This document shows positions 7,339 to 14,248 of a stretch of 24,000 nt of DNA, one piece after another (within the stretch, counting starts at the first letter, position 1; each line of letters begins with the position of its first letter). The position numbers and the translations under genes were made by a program. The DNA is taken from positions 1-24,000 of the forward strand of contig WRGF01000207.1 in the NCBI GenBank assembly GCA_009787345.1, written 5' to 3'. Origin of the DNA: Turicibacter sp. Its GTDB lineage: Bacteria > Bacillota_I > Bacilli_A > MOL361 > Turicibacteraceae. The notes below the pieces were generated by a model. It did not search any database. It was not told where the DNA came from and worked only from the letters and a program-made list of their open reading frames with translations.

Positions 7339-7366
7339 ATTATACAGCGTTCTAGGTGAAAGTCAA
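7339..7366 (-). promoter_or_regulatory. Sigma-A type promoter driving the metQ SAM riboswitch
   Basis: On the minus strand: TTGACT (7361-7366), a 16-nt spacer, then TATAAT (7339-7344). It ends about 15 nt upstream of riboswitch P1. Confidence 0.7.
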
Positions 7367-7468
7367 TGTTTTTTTTATGCTTTTTGTGGGGAATCCCGAA
7401 GAAAACGTTTCAAAAATGTGGCGGTTTTTAGCATATATTCCCAAAAAAGCCGTTGGGCGGTTAATTAA

Positions 7469-7477
7469 TGGTATAAT
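7469..7477 (+). promoter_or_regulatory. Extended -10 promoter (TGGTATAAT) driving the cobalamin riboswitch
   Basis: TGGTATAAT at 7469-7477. The riboswitch P1 begins about 10 nt downstream. The -35 is weak. Confidence 0.6.
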
Positions 7478-7483
7478 GATTCC

Positions 7484-7655
7484 ATGCCCATGGGGTTCAC
7501 GCAGTGATTAATAGGGAACGGTGTCAAAGCACCGGCAGCCCCCGCTACTGTAAGGCAAACGAAACTGAAAATGCCACTGGCCAAGTGCTGGGAAGGCCCA
7601 GGAGTAGGAAGATAACTTATCAGGTGCCAAGCCAGGAGACCTGCCCCATGGAGGA
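7484..7655 (+). promoter_or_regulatory. Cobalamin (B12) riboswitch
   Basis: The conserved core is present: AATAGGGAACGGTG..AAGCACCGGCAGCCCCCGCTACTGTAAGG, then ATGCCACTGG...CTGGGAAGGC, then the B12 box GCCAAGCCAGGAGACCTGCC (7626-7645). P1 is CCCATGGGG (7487-7495) with CCCCATGG (7644-7651). No intrinsic terminator follows, so control is probably at translation initiation. Confidence 0.9.
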
Positions 7656-7675
7656 TAATTCGGGAGGAATGAGTC

Positions 7676-8620
7676 ATGAAAAAAGTTTTAAGAAGCAGTT
7701 TGATGGCAGCAATATTAGCGGTACTTGCCGCCTGCGGTAATGCACCAACCACTGAGGTGGTGCAATCCGGGCGCAACACCATTTCCATGGTTGATCCATT
7801 AGGAAATAACATCGAAGTTTTGGAAAATGCCGAAACCATCGTCTCCCTGGCACCCGCCATTACCCAGGTGCTGATTGACCTTGGCGCCGCAGACCGCATA
7901 GTGGTGGTGGATACATGGACGGCGGGGCAGATGGACGGGTTTGATCAGTTGCCGCAGCTTGACATGATGGCACCCGACATGGAAACCCTACTGGCCCTGG
8001 CGCCGGAACTGGTCTTGGCGGGAGAAGTCAGCTTCGGGATGGACGGGGATATTTTCCAGCCGTTGATGGATGCGGGGATAGCCGTTGCCCAAATCCCGAC
8101 CAGCAACAGCATCCAGGCCATCAAGGAGGATGTGCAGTTCATCGCCGATGTGGTGGGGCTTCATGATGAGGGGGCAATGCTTCTCGACGACATGCAGTCC
8201 GCCATTGACGAAATTACTTCATTGACACAGGATGTGGAAGAACCAAAACGCGTTCTGTTTGAAATCAGCCCCCTTCCGGACATTTTCAGTTTCGGGACAG
8301 GGACATTCCTGAATGAAATGCTTGAATTGGCAGGCGCTGTCAACGTTTTTTCCGACCAGCAAGGGTGGTTGCCCGTAACGGAAGAAGCCGCTGTTGCCGC
8401 CAACCCGGATGTGATTTTGACCAACGTGGATTTCCTTGAAGATCCAGTTTCAGAAATCTTGGGACGCAGTGGCTGGACCCATGTCGCCGCCATCGAAAAT
8501 GGTGCGGTCCATTATGTGGACAATGGCTATACCAGCTTGCCGAACCACCGCATCGTTAATGGGCTTCGGGAAATGGCAAAAGCCATCCATCCTGAAACTT
8601 TCCAATCACTGGGAGAATAA
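7676..8620 (+). CDS. btuF: Cobalamin/chelate ABC transporter substrate-binding lipoprotein (BtuF/FhuD-type, PBP type 8)
   Basis: Lipoprotein signal MKKVLRSSLMAAILAVLAAC. The layout is typical of periplasmic binding protein type 8 (IVSLAPAITQVLIDLGAADRIVVVD ... NPDVIL). It lies directly behind a cobalamin riboswitch. Confidence 0.8.
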   Translation: MKKVLRSSLMAAILAVLAACGNAPTTEVVQSGRNTISMVDPLGNNIEVLENAETIVSLAPAITQVLIDLGAADRIVVVDTWTAGQMDGFDQLPQLDMMAPDMETLLALAPELVLAGEVSFGMDGDIFQPLMDAGIAVAQIPTSNSIQAIKEDVQFIADVVGLHDEGAMLLDDMQSAIDEITSLTQDVEEPKRVLFEISPLPDIFSFGTGTFLNEMLELAGAVNVFSDQQGWLPVTEEAAVAANPDVILTNVDFLEDPVSEILGRSGWTHVAAIENGAVHYVDNGYTSLPNHRIVNGLREMAKAIHPETFQSLGE

Positions 8621-8626
8621 CTAGCA

Positions 8627-10474
8627 TTGGACAAAAAAATTAAATTCATCCTGTTGGGTGCTGCTGCCTTTGCCGCTATCATTTTAGCCGTGGGCATCGG
8701 CACTGTTTCCATCCCGCCCACCCACATCCTGGCCATCCTTGGAAACCGCTTGTTCGGGTTCAGCTTGCCGGATTCAGTATCCGCCAACTGGGTTCCCATC
8801 GTCTTCAACATCCGCCTGCCCCGGGTGCTCCTCGCTTTCATCGTCGGCGCAGCCATGTCGGTGGCGGGCACCCTCATGCAGTCCCTCCTCCAAAATCCCC
8901 TGGCCTCCCCTTTCACCATCGGGGTCTCGGCCGGTGCGTCACTGGGCGCAGCCGTCTTTATCGTCTTTAGCCTCTCCATCCCTTTCCTTGGGATTTTCGG
9001 CCTGCCCCTCATGGGATTTTTAAGCGGCCTCGCCACCGTCCTTCTCATCCTGGGGCTCACCCTCCGCCTGGACCGACACATGGGCAACCACACCCTCCTT
9101 TTGGTAGGCATGGTCGTTTCCCTCTTCATCAACGCACTCATCACCCTGCTCATTGCCACCTCCCGCCAATTCATGGAACAGCTGATTTTATGGCAGTTGG
9201 GGAGTTTTGCAGGAAGGGGATGGAACGCTGTCGGAATCATGCTGGGGATTTCCTTGATTGGAACTGGGCTTAGCCTGTGCCTTTTTAAAGAACTTGATAT
9301 GCTGGCCTTCGGCGAAGAACAGGCCGCCTTTATGGGGGTGAACATCAAGCGGGTCAAGCCGCTGCTCTTGACCCTGAGCGCCTTCTTAGCAGGCGGAGCC
9401 GTTTCCTTCGTGGGCATCATCGGCTTCGTGGATTTGATTTCCCCCCACCTTGCCAGGCGGATTTTCGGGGCTTCCCACCGGGTGGCCATACCTGGAGCCG
9501 CCTCACTAGGAGGAACCCTGATGGTCATCGCCGACTTGGTGGGGCGCACTTTGATTTCACCCCAAGAAATCCCAGTAGGTGCCATCACCGCCCTCATCGG
9601 CGCACCTTTTTTCATCTACATCTACGGGAAAAAGGGTCCAGCGGGGCAAAACCGTTCCCCGTTGGACCCATTGCCTGCTTTAAAGACCAGTCACGGTGAA
9701 ACTGCCAACCAAATTGACATCCAAAACCTCTCGGCGGGATATGGCGAGACACCTGTTATTCAAAATTTAAACCTGAAAATCAATAAAAACCTCGCCATTT
9801 TAGGCCCTAACGGCTGCGGGAAAACCACGTTGCTCAAAGCCATCGCGGGTATGCTGCCTTTTAACGGCAACATTTCCTTGGATGGTACTGATTTATCTAT
9901 GTTCAGGCGGCGGGAACTTGCGGGGCAGATTGCCATGCTTCCCCAAATCCGCCACATCCAGTTTCCTTATACGGTGTGGGAGGCGGTAAGGATGGGCCGT
10001 TACCGCTGTCAAAAAAGCAGCCTATTTTCCAGCAGCCCCACGAAAGAGGATTGTCAGGTGATTGAGGGGCTCCTGGAAGCCTTGGGGCTGTCACCTTATC
10101 AGGAATCCCAACTGGACCAATTATCCGGCGGGCAGCTGCAACGGGTATTTTTAGCCCAGGCATTGGCACAGGACCCGAAAATCATCCTGTTGGATGAGCC
10201 CACCAACCATTTGGACATGAAATACCAGTTAGAACTGATTGATTACCTGAAAAACTGGGCGGCAACCCATAACCGCTTGGTCATCGGGGTGTTCCACGAC
10301 ATCAACCTGGCCCTAAGGCTGACTTCCCAAACCTTATTTTTAAAGGACGGCAAGATTGCCGGGCTAGGCGATGCAAAAAGTGTCATCACCAAAGATTTCC
10401 TCAAAGAAGTTTATGGCATCGACATGGCTTCCTATATGAAGGATTCGCTTGCCATATGGGAACATTTCGGCTAA
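8627..10474 (+). CDS. Fused FecCD/BtuC-type permease and BtuD-type ATPase (single 615-aa polypeptide)
   Basis: The N-terminal ~335 aa form a FecCD-family permease (GTLMQSLLQNPLASPFTIGVSAGASLGAAV). A ~30-aa linker follows (GKKGPAGQNRSPLDPLPALKTSHGETANQ). The C-terminal ~250 aa form an ABC ATPase with Walker A GPNGCGKTT, signature LSGGQLQRV, Walker B IILLDEPT and H-loop VFHD. The start is TTG 8627, with GGGAGAA about 9 nt upstream. Confidence 0.8.
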   Translation: MDKKIKFILLGAAAFAAIILAVGIGTVSIPPTHILAILGNRLFGFSLPDSVSANWVPIVFNIRLPRVLLAFIVGAAMSVAGTLMQSLLQNPLASPFTIGVSAGASLGAAVFIVFSLSIPFLGIFGLPLMGFLSGLATVLLILGLTLRLDRHMGNHTLLLVGMVVSLFINALITLLIATSRQFMEQLILWQLGSFAGRGWNAVGIMLGISLIGTGLSLCLFKELDMLAFGEEQAAFMGVNIKRVKPLLLTLSAFLAGGAVSFVGIIGFVDLISPHLARRIFGASHRVAIPGAASLGGTLMVIADLVGRTLISPQEIPVGAITALIGAPFFIYIYGKKGPAGQNRSPLDPLPALKTSHGETANQIDIQNLSAGYGETPVIQNLNLKINKNLAILGPNGCGKTTLLKAIAGMLPFNGNISLDGTDLSMFRRRELAGQIAMLPQIRHIQFPYTVWEAVRMGRYRCQKSSLFSSSPTKEDCQVIEGLLEALGLSPYQESQLDQLSGGQLQRVFLAQALAQDPKIILLDEPTNHLDMKYQLELIDYLKNWAATHNRLVIGVFHDINLALRLTSQTLFLKDGKIAGLGDAKSVITKDFLKEVYGIDMASYMKDSLAIWEHFG

Positions 10475-10489
10475 GGAGCGTGTTAGCAT

Positions 10490-10660
10490 ATGTCCAAAAA
10501 ATACCGAAGCCCACACGAGGCTTACCCATTTTTAAGCGAGCCGTCCCATGACCTTCGCTGTGATTTTGAATTGGAAACGAACAGGGTGGAAGAAATCCCA
10601 TTTAAGAGCCGGAATTATAAATTCCCTACCAAAGCTATTGCCGAAACAAAAGCCATTTAA
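10490..10660 (+). CDS. Small hypothetical ORF (56 aa), below the ORF-track cutoff
   Basis: ATG 10490 is preceded by AAGGAG (10473-10478) at 11-nt spacing. The translation is MSKKYRSPHEAYPFLSEPSHDLRCDFELETNRVEEIPFKSRNYKFPTKAIAETKAI. The ORF ends 10 nt before a strong terminator. I recognise no family. Confidence 0.3.
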   Translation: MSKKYRSPHEAYPFLSEPSHDLRCDFELETNRVEEIPFKSRNYKFPTKAIAETKAI

Positions 10661-10670
10661 TCCGCAAAAA

Positions 10671-10698
10671 AACCGCCAGGAAAAATCTTGGCGGTTTT
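10671..10698. terminator. Bidirectional rho-independent terminator
   Basis: AACCGCCAGG (10671-10680) pairs with CTTGGCGGTT (10687-10696). It is flanked by an A-run upstream and a T-run downstream. It sits between convergent units. Confidence 0.8.
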
Positions 10699-10700
10699 AA

Positions 10701-10892
10701 CTATCTGATGGAAAGGTCCTCCCACTCTTTGTCCGTAATCCGGCGGCCAATCTGTGCTTCGATGATAGGTACATAGCGAAGGCCGGTTAAACTGTTGCGG
10801 TCAACTCCGGGAACAACCCCATGTCCCTGTTCCTGTATAATTTTTTCTCCTGCCCGGATAACCAAATCTTTCTTCTCCTCTTCTGTCAACAT
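10701..10892 (-). CDS. Hypothetical 63-aa protein, translationally coupled to the upstream GNAT-like gene
   Basis: ATG 10892 lies 5 nt after the GNAT stop codon. Its RBS GGAGGTG is inside the end of the GNAT gene. The product is acidic and helical-looking (MLTEEEKKDLVIRAGEKIIQEQG...). I recognise no family. Confidence 0.55.
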   Translation of the reverse strand: MLTEEEKKDLVIRAGEKIIQEQGHGVVPGVDRNSLTGLRYVPIIEAQIGRRITDKEWEDLSIR

Positions 10893-10897
10893 AGGAT

Positions 10898-11314
10898 TTA
10901 CACCTCCAGATAAGTTTTAATCAAATGTGCGGCTGCCTGCGAATCAAAATGCAAACGGCGGCCCGGCAATGGCTTAGCGCCATATTTTTCGATATAATAC
11001 TTATAGGTCACGGTCTTGCTTTCAAAAACGACAAACCCATCAAATCCATTTTGAAACGAATCCATTGCAATAAAAGCCAACAGTTCCCCAGCAACGGTTG
11101 TGCCACGAAATTTTTTGGAAACTTCAATCAAGTACATGAAATTGTATAATTCACTGCTCATACGCTCAAATTCAATCAGCCCCGCAATTTCGCCTTGCAC
11201 TTGGGCAGAAAAAATTTTTGTTTGGGGATAGGTGTGGACACTCCAATCAAATTCAAAGCCTTCCAACGCTTGAAGGGAAGCAGTGTCCTCAACTTCTAAT
11301 ATTTTTGCCAACAT
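10898..11314 (-). CDS. GNAT-fold N-acetyltransferase-like protein (138 aa)
   Basis: The core LIEFERMSSELYNFMYLIEVSKKFRGTTVAGELLAFIAMDSFQNGFDGFVVFESKTVTYKYYIEKYGAKPL has the beta4-alpha3-beta5 layout of small GNAT proteins. The CoA-loop is degenerate (RGTTVA instead of R/QxxGxG/A). The start is ATG 11314, with AAGGAGG 8 nt upstream. The ORF-track GTG at 11332 overlaps that RBS. Confidence 0.6.
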   Translation of the reverse strand: MLAKILEVEDTASLQALEGFEFDWSVHTYPQTKIFSAQVQGEIAGLIEFERMSSELYNFMYLIEVSKKFRGTTVAGELLAFIAMDSFQNGFDGFVVFESKTVTYKYYIEKYGAKPLPGRRLHFDSQAAAHLIKTYLEV

Positions 11315-11348
11315 CCCATGTCCCTCCTTCACTAAAATACATAACTTT

Positions 11349-11357
11349 ATTATACCA
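11349..11357 (-). promoter_or_regulatory. Extended -10 promoter (TGGTATAAT) of the GNAT + 63-aa pair
   Basis: The reverse complement of 11349-11357 reads TGGTATAAT. It lies about 35 nt upstream of ATG 11314 and immediately downstream of a strong terminator. Confidence 0.55.
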
Positions 11358-11399
11358 CAAATAGCTCGACTCGAACGGTTTCCAGCTGTTTTTTTACAA

Positions 11400-11450
11400 C
11401 CCCATGCAAAAAGAGATTACCCGGAAGGGATAATCTCTTTTTGCATGGGG
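11400..11450. terminator. Bidirectional terminator (long palindrome)
   Basis: CCCCATGCAAAAAGAGATTA (11400-11419) pairs with TAATCTCTTTTTGCATGGGG (11431-11450). On both strands the inner stem GAGATTA.../...TAATCTC is followed by TTTTTGC. It begins 5 nt after the stop codon of the binding-protein remnant. Confidence 0.8.
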
Positions 11451-11454
11451 CGAG

Positions 11455-11643
11455 TTAATCAATCGACACGGTATCCAACCGTTGCTGCCCGTTTTGGCGT
11501 TGGGTGTAACCATGGACATTGGAGCGGGTCGCTACCAGCCTTTCGCCGGCGTGCATGAAAATCCAAGGTGCCTGCTCGTTGATCATCAGGACAAGCTCCC
11601 GGTACATTTCGGCACGAACGTCGTCATCGAATTTTTGTGGCAT
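11455..11643 (-). pseudogene. C-terminal remnant of a family-5 (OppA/DppA-type) ABC substrate-binding protein
   Basis: The 62-aa frame ...DDDVRAEMYRELVLMINEQAPWIFMHAGERLVATRSNVHGYTQRQNGQQRLDTVSID matches the extreme C-terminus of SBP_bac_5 proteins (..R..ly.e.q.il.edAP.ipl.......a....V.G......G.......v.). The ~450 N-terminal residues are missing. An in-frame stop lies a few codons upstream, and the MATE promoter follows directly. Confidence 0.65.
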
Positions 11644-11703
11644 AGTGTAAAAAAGTCTCCCCTGGGATTTTTCAGAAATCGCCGATAAAATTGTCGAATA
11701 CTG

Positions 11704-11712
11704 TGATATAAT
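11704..11712 (+). promoter_or_regulatory. Extended -10 promoter (TGATATAAT) of the MATE gene
   Basis: TGATATAAT at 11704-11712, about 40 nt upstream of ATG 11753. Confidence 0.55.
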
Positions 11713-11752
11713 GAGAGGGATTGTTTACTTTTGGATACGGAGGATTGCAACG

Positions 11753-13084
11753 ATGAAACAAAAACCTTTGCTTATGGCCACCTTGGCCCTGGCCATCCCA
11801 AGCATTGTCCAACAGCTTTTTACCAATGCCGCCCAGATGGCGGATAATTTAATGGTGGGGCAACTCCAAGAAAGCGCCATTGCCGGGGTGACCATTACCA
11901 ACCAGGTGTTTTTTATATTCACCTTGGTGATTTTTGGCATCACAAGCGCTGCCGGGATTTATATGACTCAATATTTCGGTACCGGCAACAAGGGAAAAAT
12001 GCTGGAAATCTTTCGCATCTCCCTTCTATTCGGCCTTTTGACCGGGGGGTTCTTTTACGCCATCATGCACTTTTTTCCCAGATACGTCCTTTCATTTTTC
12101 GCCAGTTCACAAGACACCATTGCGCATGCCAAGGAATATCTTCGCTACATCCAATTCACCTTCCTGCTGTTTCCGGTTACCATGATGGTCACCTCAGGCT
12201 TTCGCTTCAACGGCTACGTCCGCCTACCCATGTACCTCTCCCTTTTCACCGTCGCCGTGGGGATTTTCCTCAATTACGGCCTGATTCATGGGAACTTTGG
12301 AATGCCTGCCCTTGGGGTGGCTGGAGCCGGCCTTGCTACACTCATTGCCCGGGTGCTGGAAATGTCCCTTGCCATTTTGCTCACTTTGGTCTTGGATACC
12401 CCCATCAAATTGAGCGCCCTTAAAGTCTTCGGTTTCACTAAGGAACTGCTTATGGACTTCATTAAAAAAGGGTATGGCCTGGTGATGAATGAATTTTTTT
12501 GGGCGTTCGGGGTCCAGGCCCTGACCGTCATTTACACCCAGCGCATCAGCGCCAACATTGCTTCCTTGAGCATTTCGCAGGCCCTTGGCAACCTGATTTT
12601 CATCGGTACTGGAGGCATGAGCGTGGCCTTTTCCATTATTTTGGGGGAGCACCTGGGACGGGGCGAATTCGGGGAAGCCAAGGACAAAGCACGTTCCCTC
12701 CTGAGGATTTCTGCCGGCACCGGCCTGATTTTGGGCGCCCTTGTCTTTTTGCTCTCTTTCCCACTTTTTGGATTTTACGACGTAGCCCCTGCCACCATCC
12801 AGACTGCCCGCACCCTTTTATTGATCAACGCGGTTTTTAGCTGGCTTTACTACATCAACGCCGGGCTTTACTTTATTTTAAGGAGCGGCGGCGACACGAA
12901 AGGGGTTGTCATGATCGACTCGGGCTTCAACTGGATCATTATGATTCCCGTCGCTTTTTTACTTGGGCGCTTTGAAATCCTTTTGCCCCTGCATTTTTTA
13001 TTGGTCCAGCTCCTTGAACTGCTGAAACTGGCAGTGGGCAGGAAATTGACAAATAGGGATGCCTGGCTTAAAAATTTGACATAA
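11753..13084 (+). CDS. MATE family multidrug/toxic-compound efflux transporter
   Basis: About 443 aa with 12 TM segments. The N-terminus KPLLMATLALAIPSIVQQLFTNAAQMADNLMVGQL is typical of MATE (MatE repeat) proteins. The start is ATG 11753, with GGAGGA 8 nt upstream. Confidence 0.85.
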   Translation: MKQKPLLMATLALAIPSIVQQLFTNAAQMADNLMVGQLQESAIAGVTITNQVFFIFTLVIFGITSAAGIYMTQYFGTGNKGKMLEIFRISLLFGLLTGGFFYAIMHFFPRYVLSFFASSQDTIAHAKEYLRYIQFTFLLFPVTMMVTSGFRFNGYVRLPMYLSLFTVAVGIFLNYGLIHGNFGMPALGVAGAGLATLIARVLEMSLAILLTLVLDTPIKLSALKVFGFTKELLMDFIKKGYGLVMNEFFWAFGVQALTVIYTQRISANIASLSISQALGNLIFIGTGGMSVAFSIILGEHLGRGEFGEAKDKARSLLRISAGTGLILGALVFLLSFPLFGFYDVAPATIQTARTLLLINAVFSWLYYINAGLYFILRSGGDTKGVVMIDSGFNWIIMIPVAFLLGRFEILLPLHFLLVQLLELLKLAVGRKLTNRDAWLKNLT

Positions 13085-13092
13085 CGTGTTCT

Positions 13093-13119
13093 GCCGCCTT
13101 TAAATTGGGCGGCTTTTTT
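13093..13119 (+). terminator. Rho-independent terminator of the MATE gene
   Basis: GCCGCC (13093-13098) pairs with GGCGGC (13108-13113) around a 9-nt loop. A TTTTTT run follows (13114-13119). Confidence 0.7.
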
Positions 13120-13229
13120 AATGGCTGCTGACAATGTGGCGTTCCTATCAACGAAGTGCCACTAGCAGTTTTTGCCGAAAAGGTCTATTCCCCCACATGC
13201 TCGAATAGGGTTAAATGGAGGTGAGCGTT

Positions 13230-14162
13230 ATGCAACAGACACAGGCGAACAAATTCACGATACTCATTATGGCAGCCGTCCTATTCCTCGCGCTTCATGC
13301 CACGCAGTTTTTCCCAATTTTTTACGCGACCCAAAAAAGCGCCTACGACCGCTATGTGGAAAATAAGGGCGGGATTTCCCTCTTGGCGGATTTCGCATTT
13401 ACGCATAAATTCGATGGCCTCGAAACTTATATGCTCCAGGTCATCACAGGGGTTTACGTGATGGGCCCGCCTGTTGGCACGGCTCCTCATGAATACAGCT
13501 ATTCCCCTACTGAAAAGGAGGTCAACACCATGCTTGGCAACGATCCAATCGTGTACATTTACAACACCCATTCTACCGAGAGCATCGCAGGTACCGTAGC
13601 AGCTGATGGAACCGTCACCGAAGGGGATGTCTTGGTGACCGATTTATCCCAGCTAATGGCCCAAGCCCTACAAAAAAGAGGGGTCCCATCCCTTGTGGAA
13701 GAGCGGGACACCCAAGACATCGTTGAAGGCCGCGGCTGGGAATATTACCAGTCTTATGATGTTTCCCGCGAGCTTTTAAAAAGCGCCTGGGAGCACTACC
13801 CAACATTTAAGTATTTTATCGACCTGCACCGGGATGCCACCATTGGAGATGAGGCAACCATTGTTTTAAACGGGAAACCCTATGCCATCATCCAAATCGT
13901 CGTAGGCACCCACCACACCGCTTTTGCCGAAAACGTAGCGGTCGCCAATGACATCGCCCAGCACCTAGAGAAGAACCATCCTGGATTGACCACTAAAAAC
14001 ATCGTCAGGCTCTCCGGCGGCGCCGGCAACAATGGCGTTTATAACCAGGATATTTCCCCAAATACGATTTTATTTGAAATCGGGGGACAGGATACCAGCC
14101 TTGAGGCAGCCACCAATTCCATCAACGCCATTGCGGATGTGTTGGCTGCAAGAATAAACTAG
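13230..14162 (+). CDS. spoIIP: Stage II sporulation protein P (SpoIIP) family cell-wall hydrolase
   Basis: It has an N-terminal TM anchor. The motifs IYNTHSTES, IDLHRDA, NNGVYNQD and ILFEIGGQDTSLEAA match the SpoIIP family. The start is ATG 13230 behind GGAGGTG. The ORF-track ATG at 13215 is part of that RBS. Confidence 0.8.
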   Translation: MQQTQANKFTILIMAAVLFLALHATQFFPIFYATQKSAYDRYVENKGGISLLADFAFTHKFDGLETYMLQVITGVYVMGPPVGTAPHEYSYSPTEKEVNTMLGNDPIVYIYNTHSTESIAGTVAADGTVTEGDVLVTDLSQLMAQALQKRGVPSLVEERDTQDIVEGRGWEYYQSYDVSRELLKSAWEHYPTFKYFIDLHRDATIGDEATIVLNGKPYAIIQIVVGTHHTAFAENVAVANDIAQHLEKNHPGLTTKNIVRLSGGAGNNGVYNQDISPNTILFEIGGQDTSLEAATNSINAIADVLAARIN

Positions 14163-14205
14163 GAACGGGCAGCATCCTAGCTTATCACGTCCCTATCAGA
14201 AACCT

Positions 14206-14242
14206 AAAAAGGGGAAGCCACCGATTTCTGGCTTCCCTTTTT
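14206..14242. terminator. Bidirectional rho-independent terminator
   Basis: GGGGAAGCCA (14211-14220) pairs with TGGCTTCCC (14229-14237). AAAAA lies upstream and TTTTT downstream. It sits between the convergent spoIIP and RnfD-like genes. Confidence 0.85.
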
Positions 14243-14248
14243 GATTAT

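Noticed and set aside
7268-7899. ORFs 7268-7468 (+), 7504-7740 (+) and 7465-7899 (-) in the riboswitch region
   Set aside because: They are laid over the SAM-I aptamer, the two divergent promoters and the cobalamin riboswitch. RNA elements with strong conserved motifs explain this sequence better.
8527-9615. 362-aa ORF on the minus strand, antisense to the fused btuCD gene
   Set aside because: The composition is extreme (Met/Arg/Lys/Pro-rich) and there is no RBS. It lies fully inside a well-supported plus-strand gene, so it is a typical shadow ORF produced by the codon bias of the real frame.
13170-13214. Possible sporulation-sigma (sigma-E/F) promoter upstream of spoIIP
   Set aside because: TCTATT...CGAATAGGGT only loosely resembles the sigma-E consensus (ATATT / CATACA-T). 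I cannot support it without a position-weight-matrix score or a mapped TSS.
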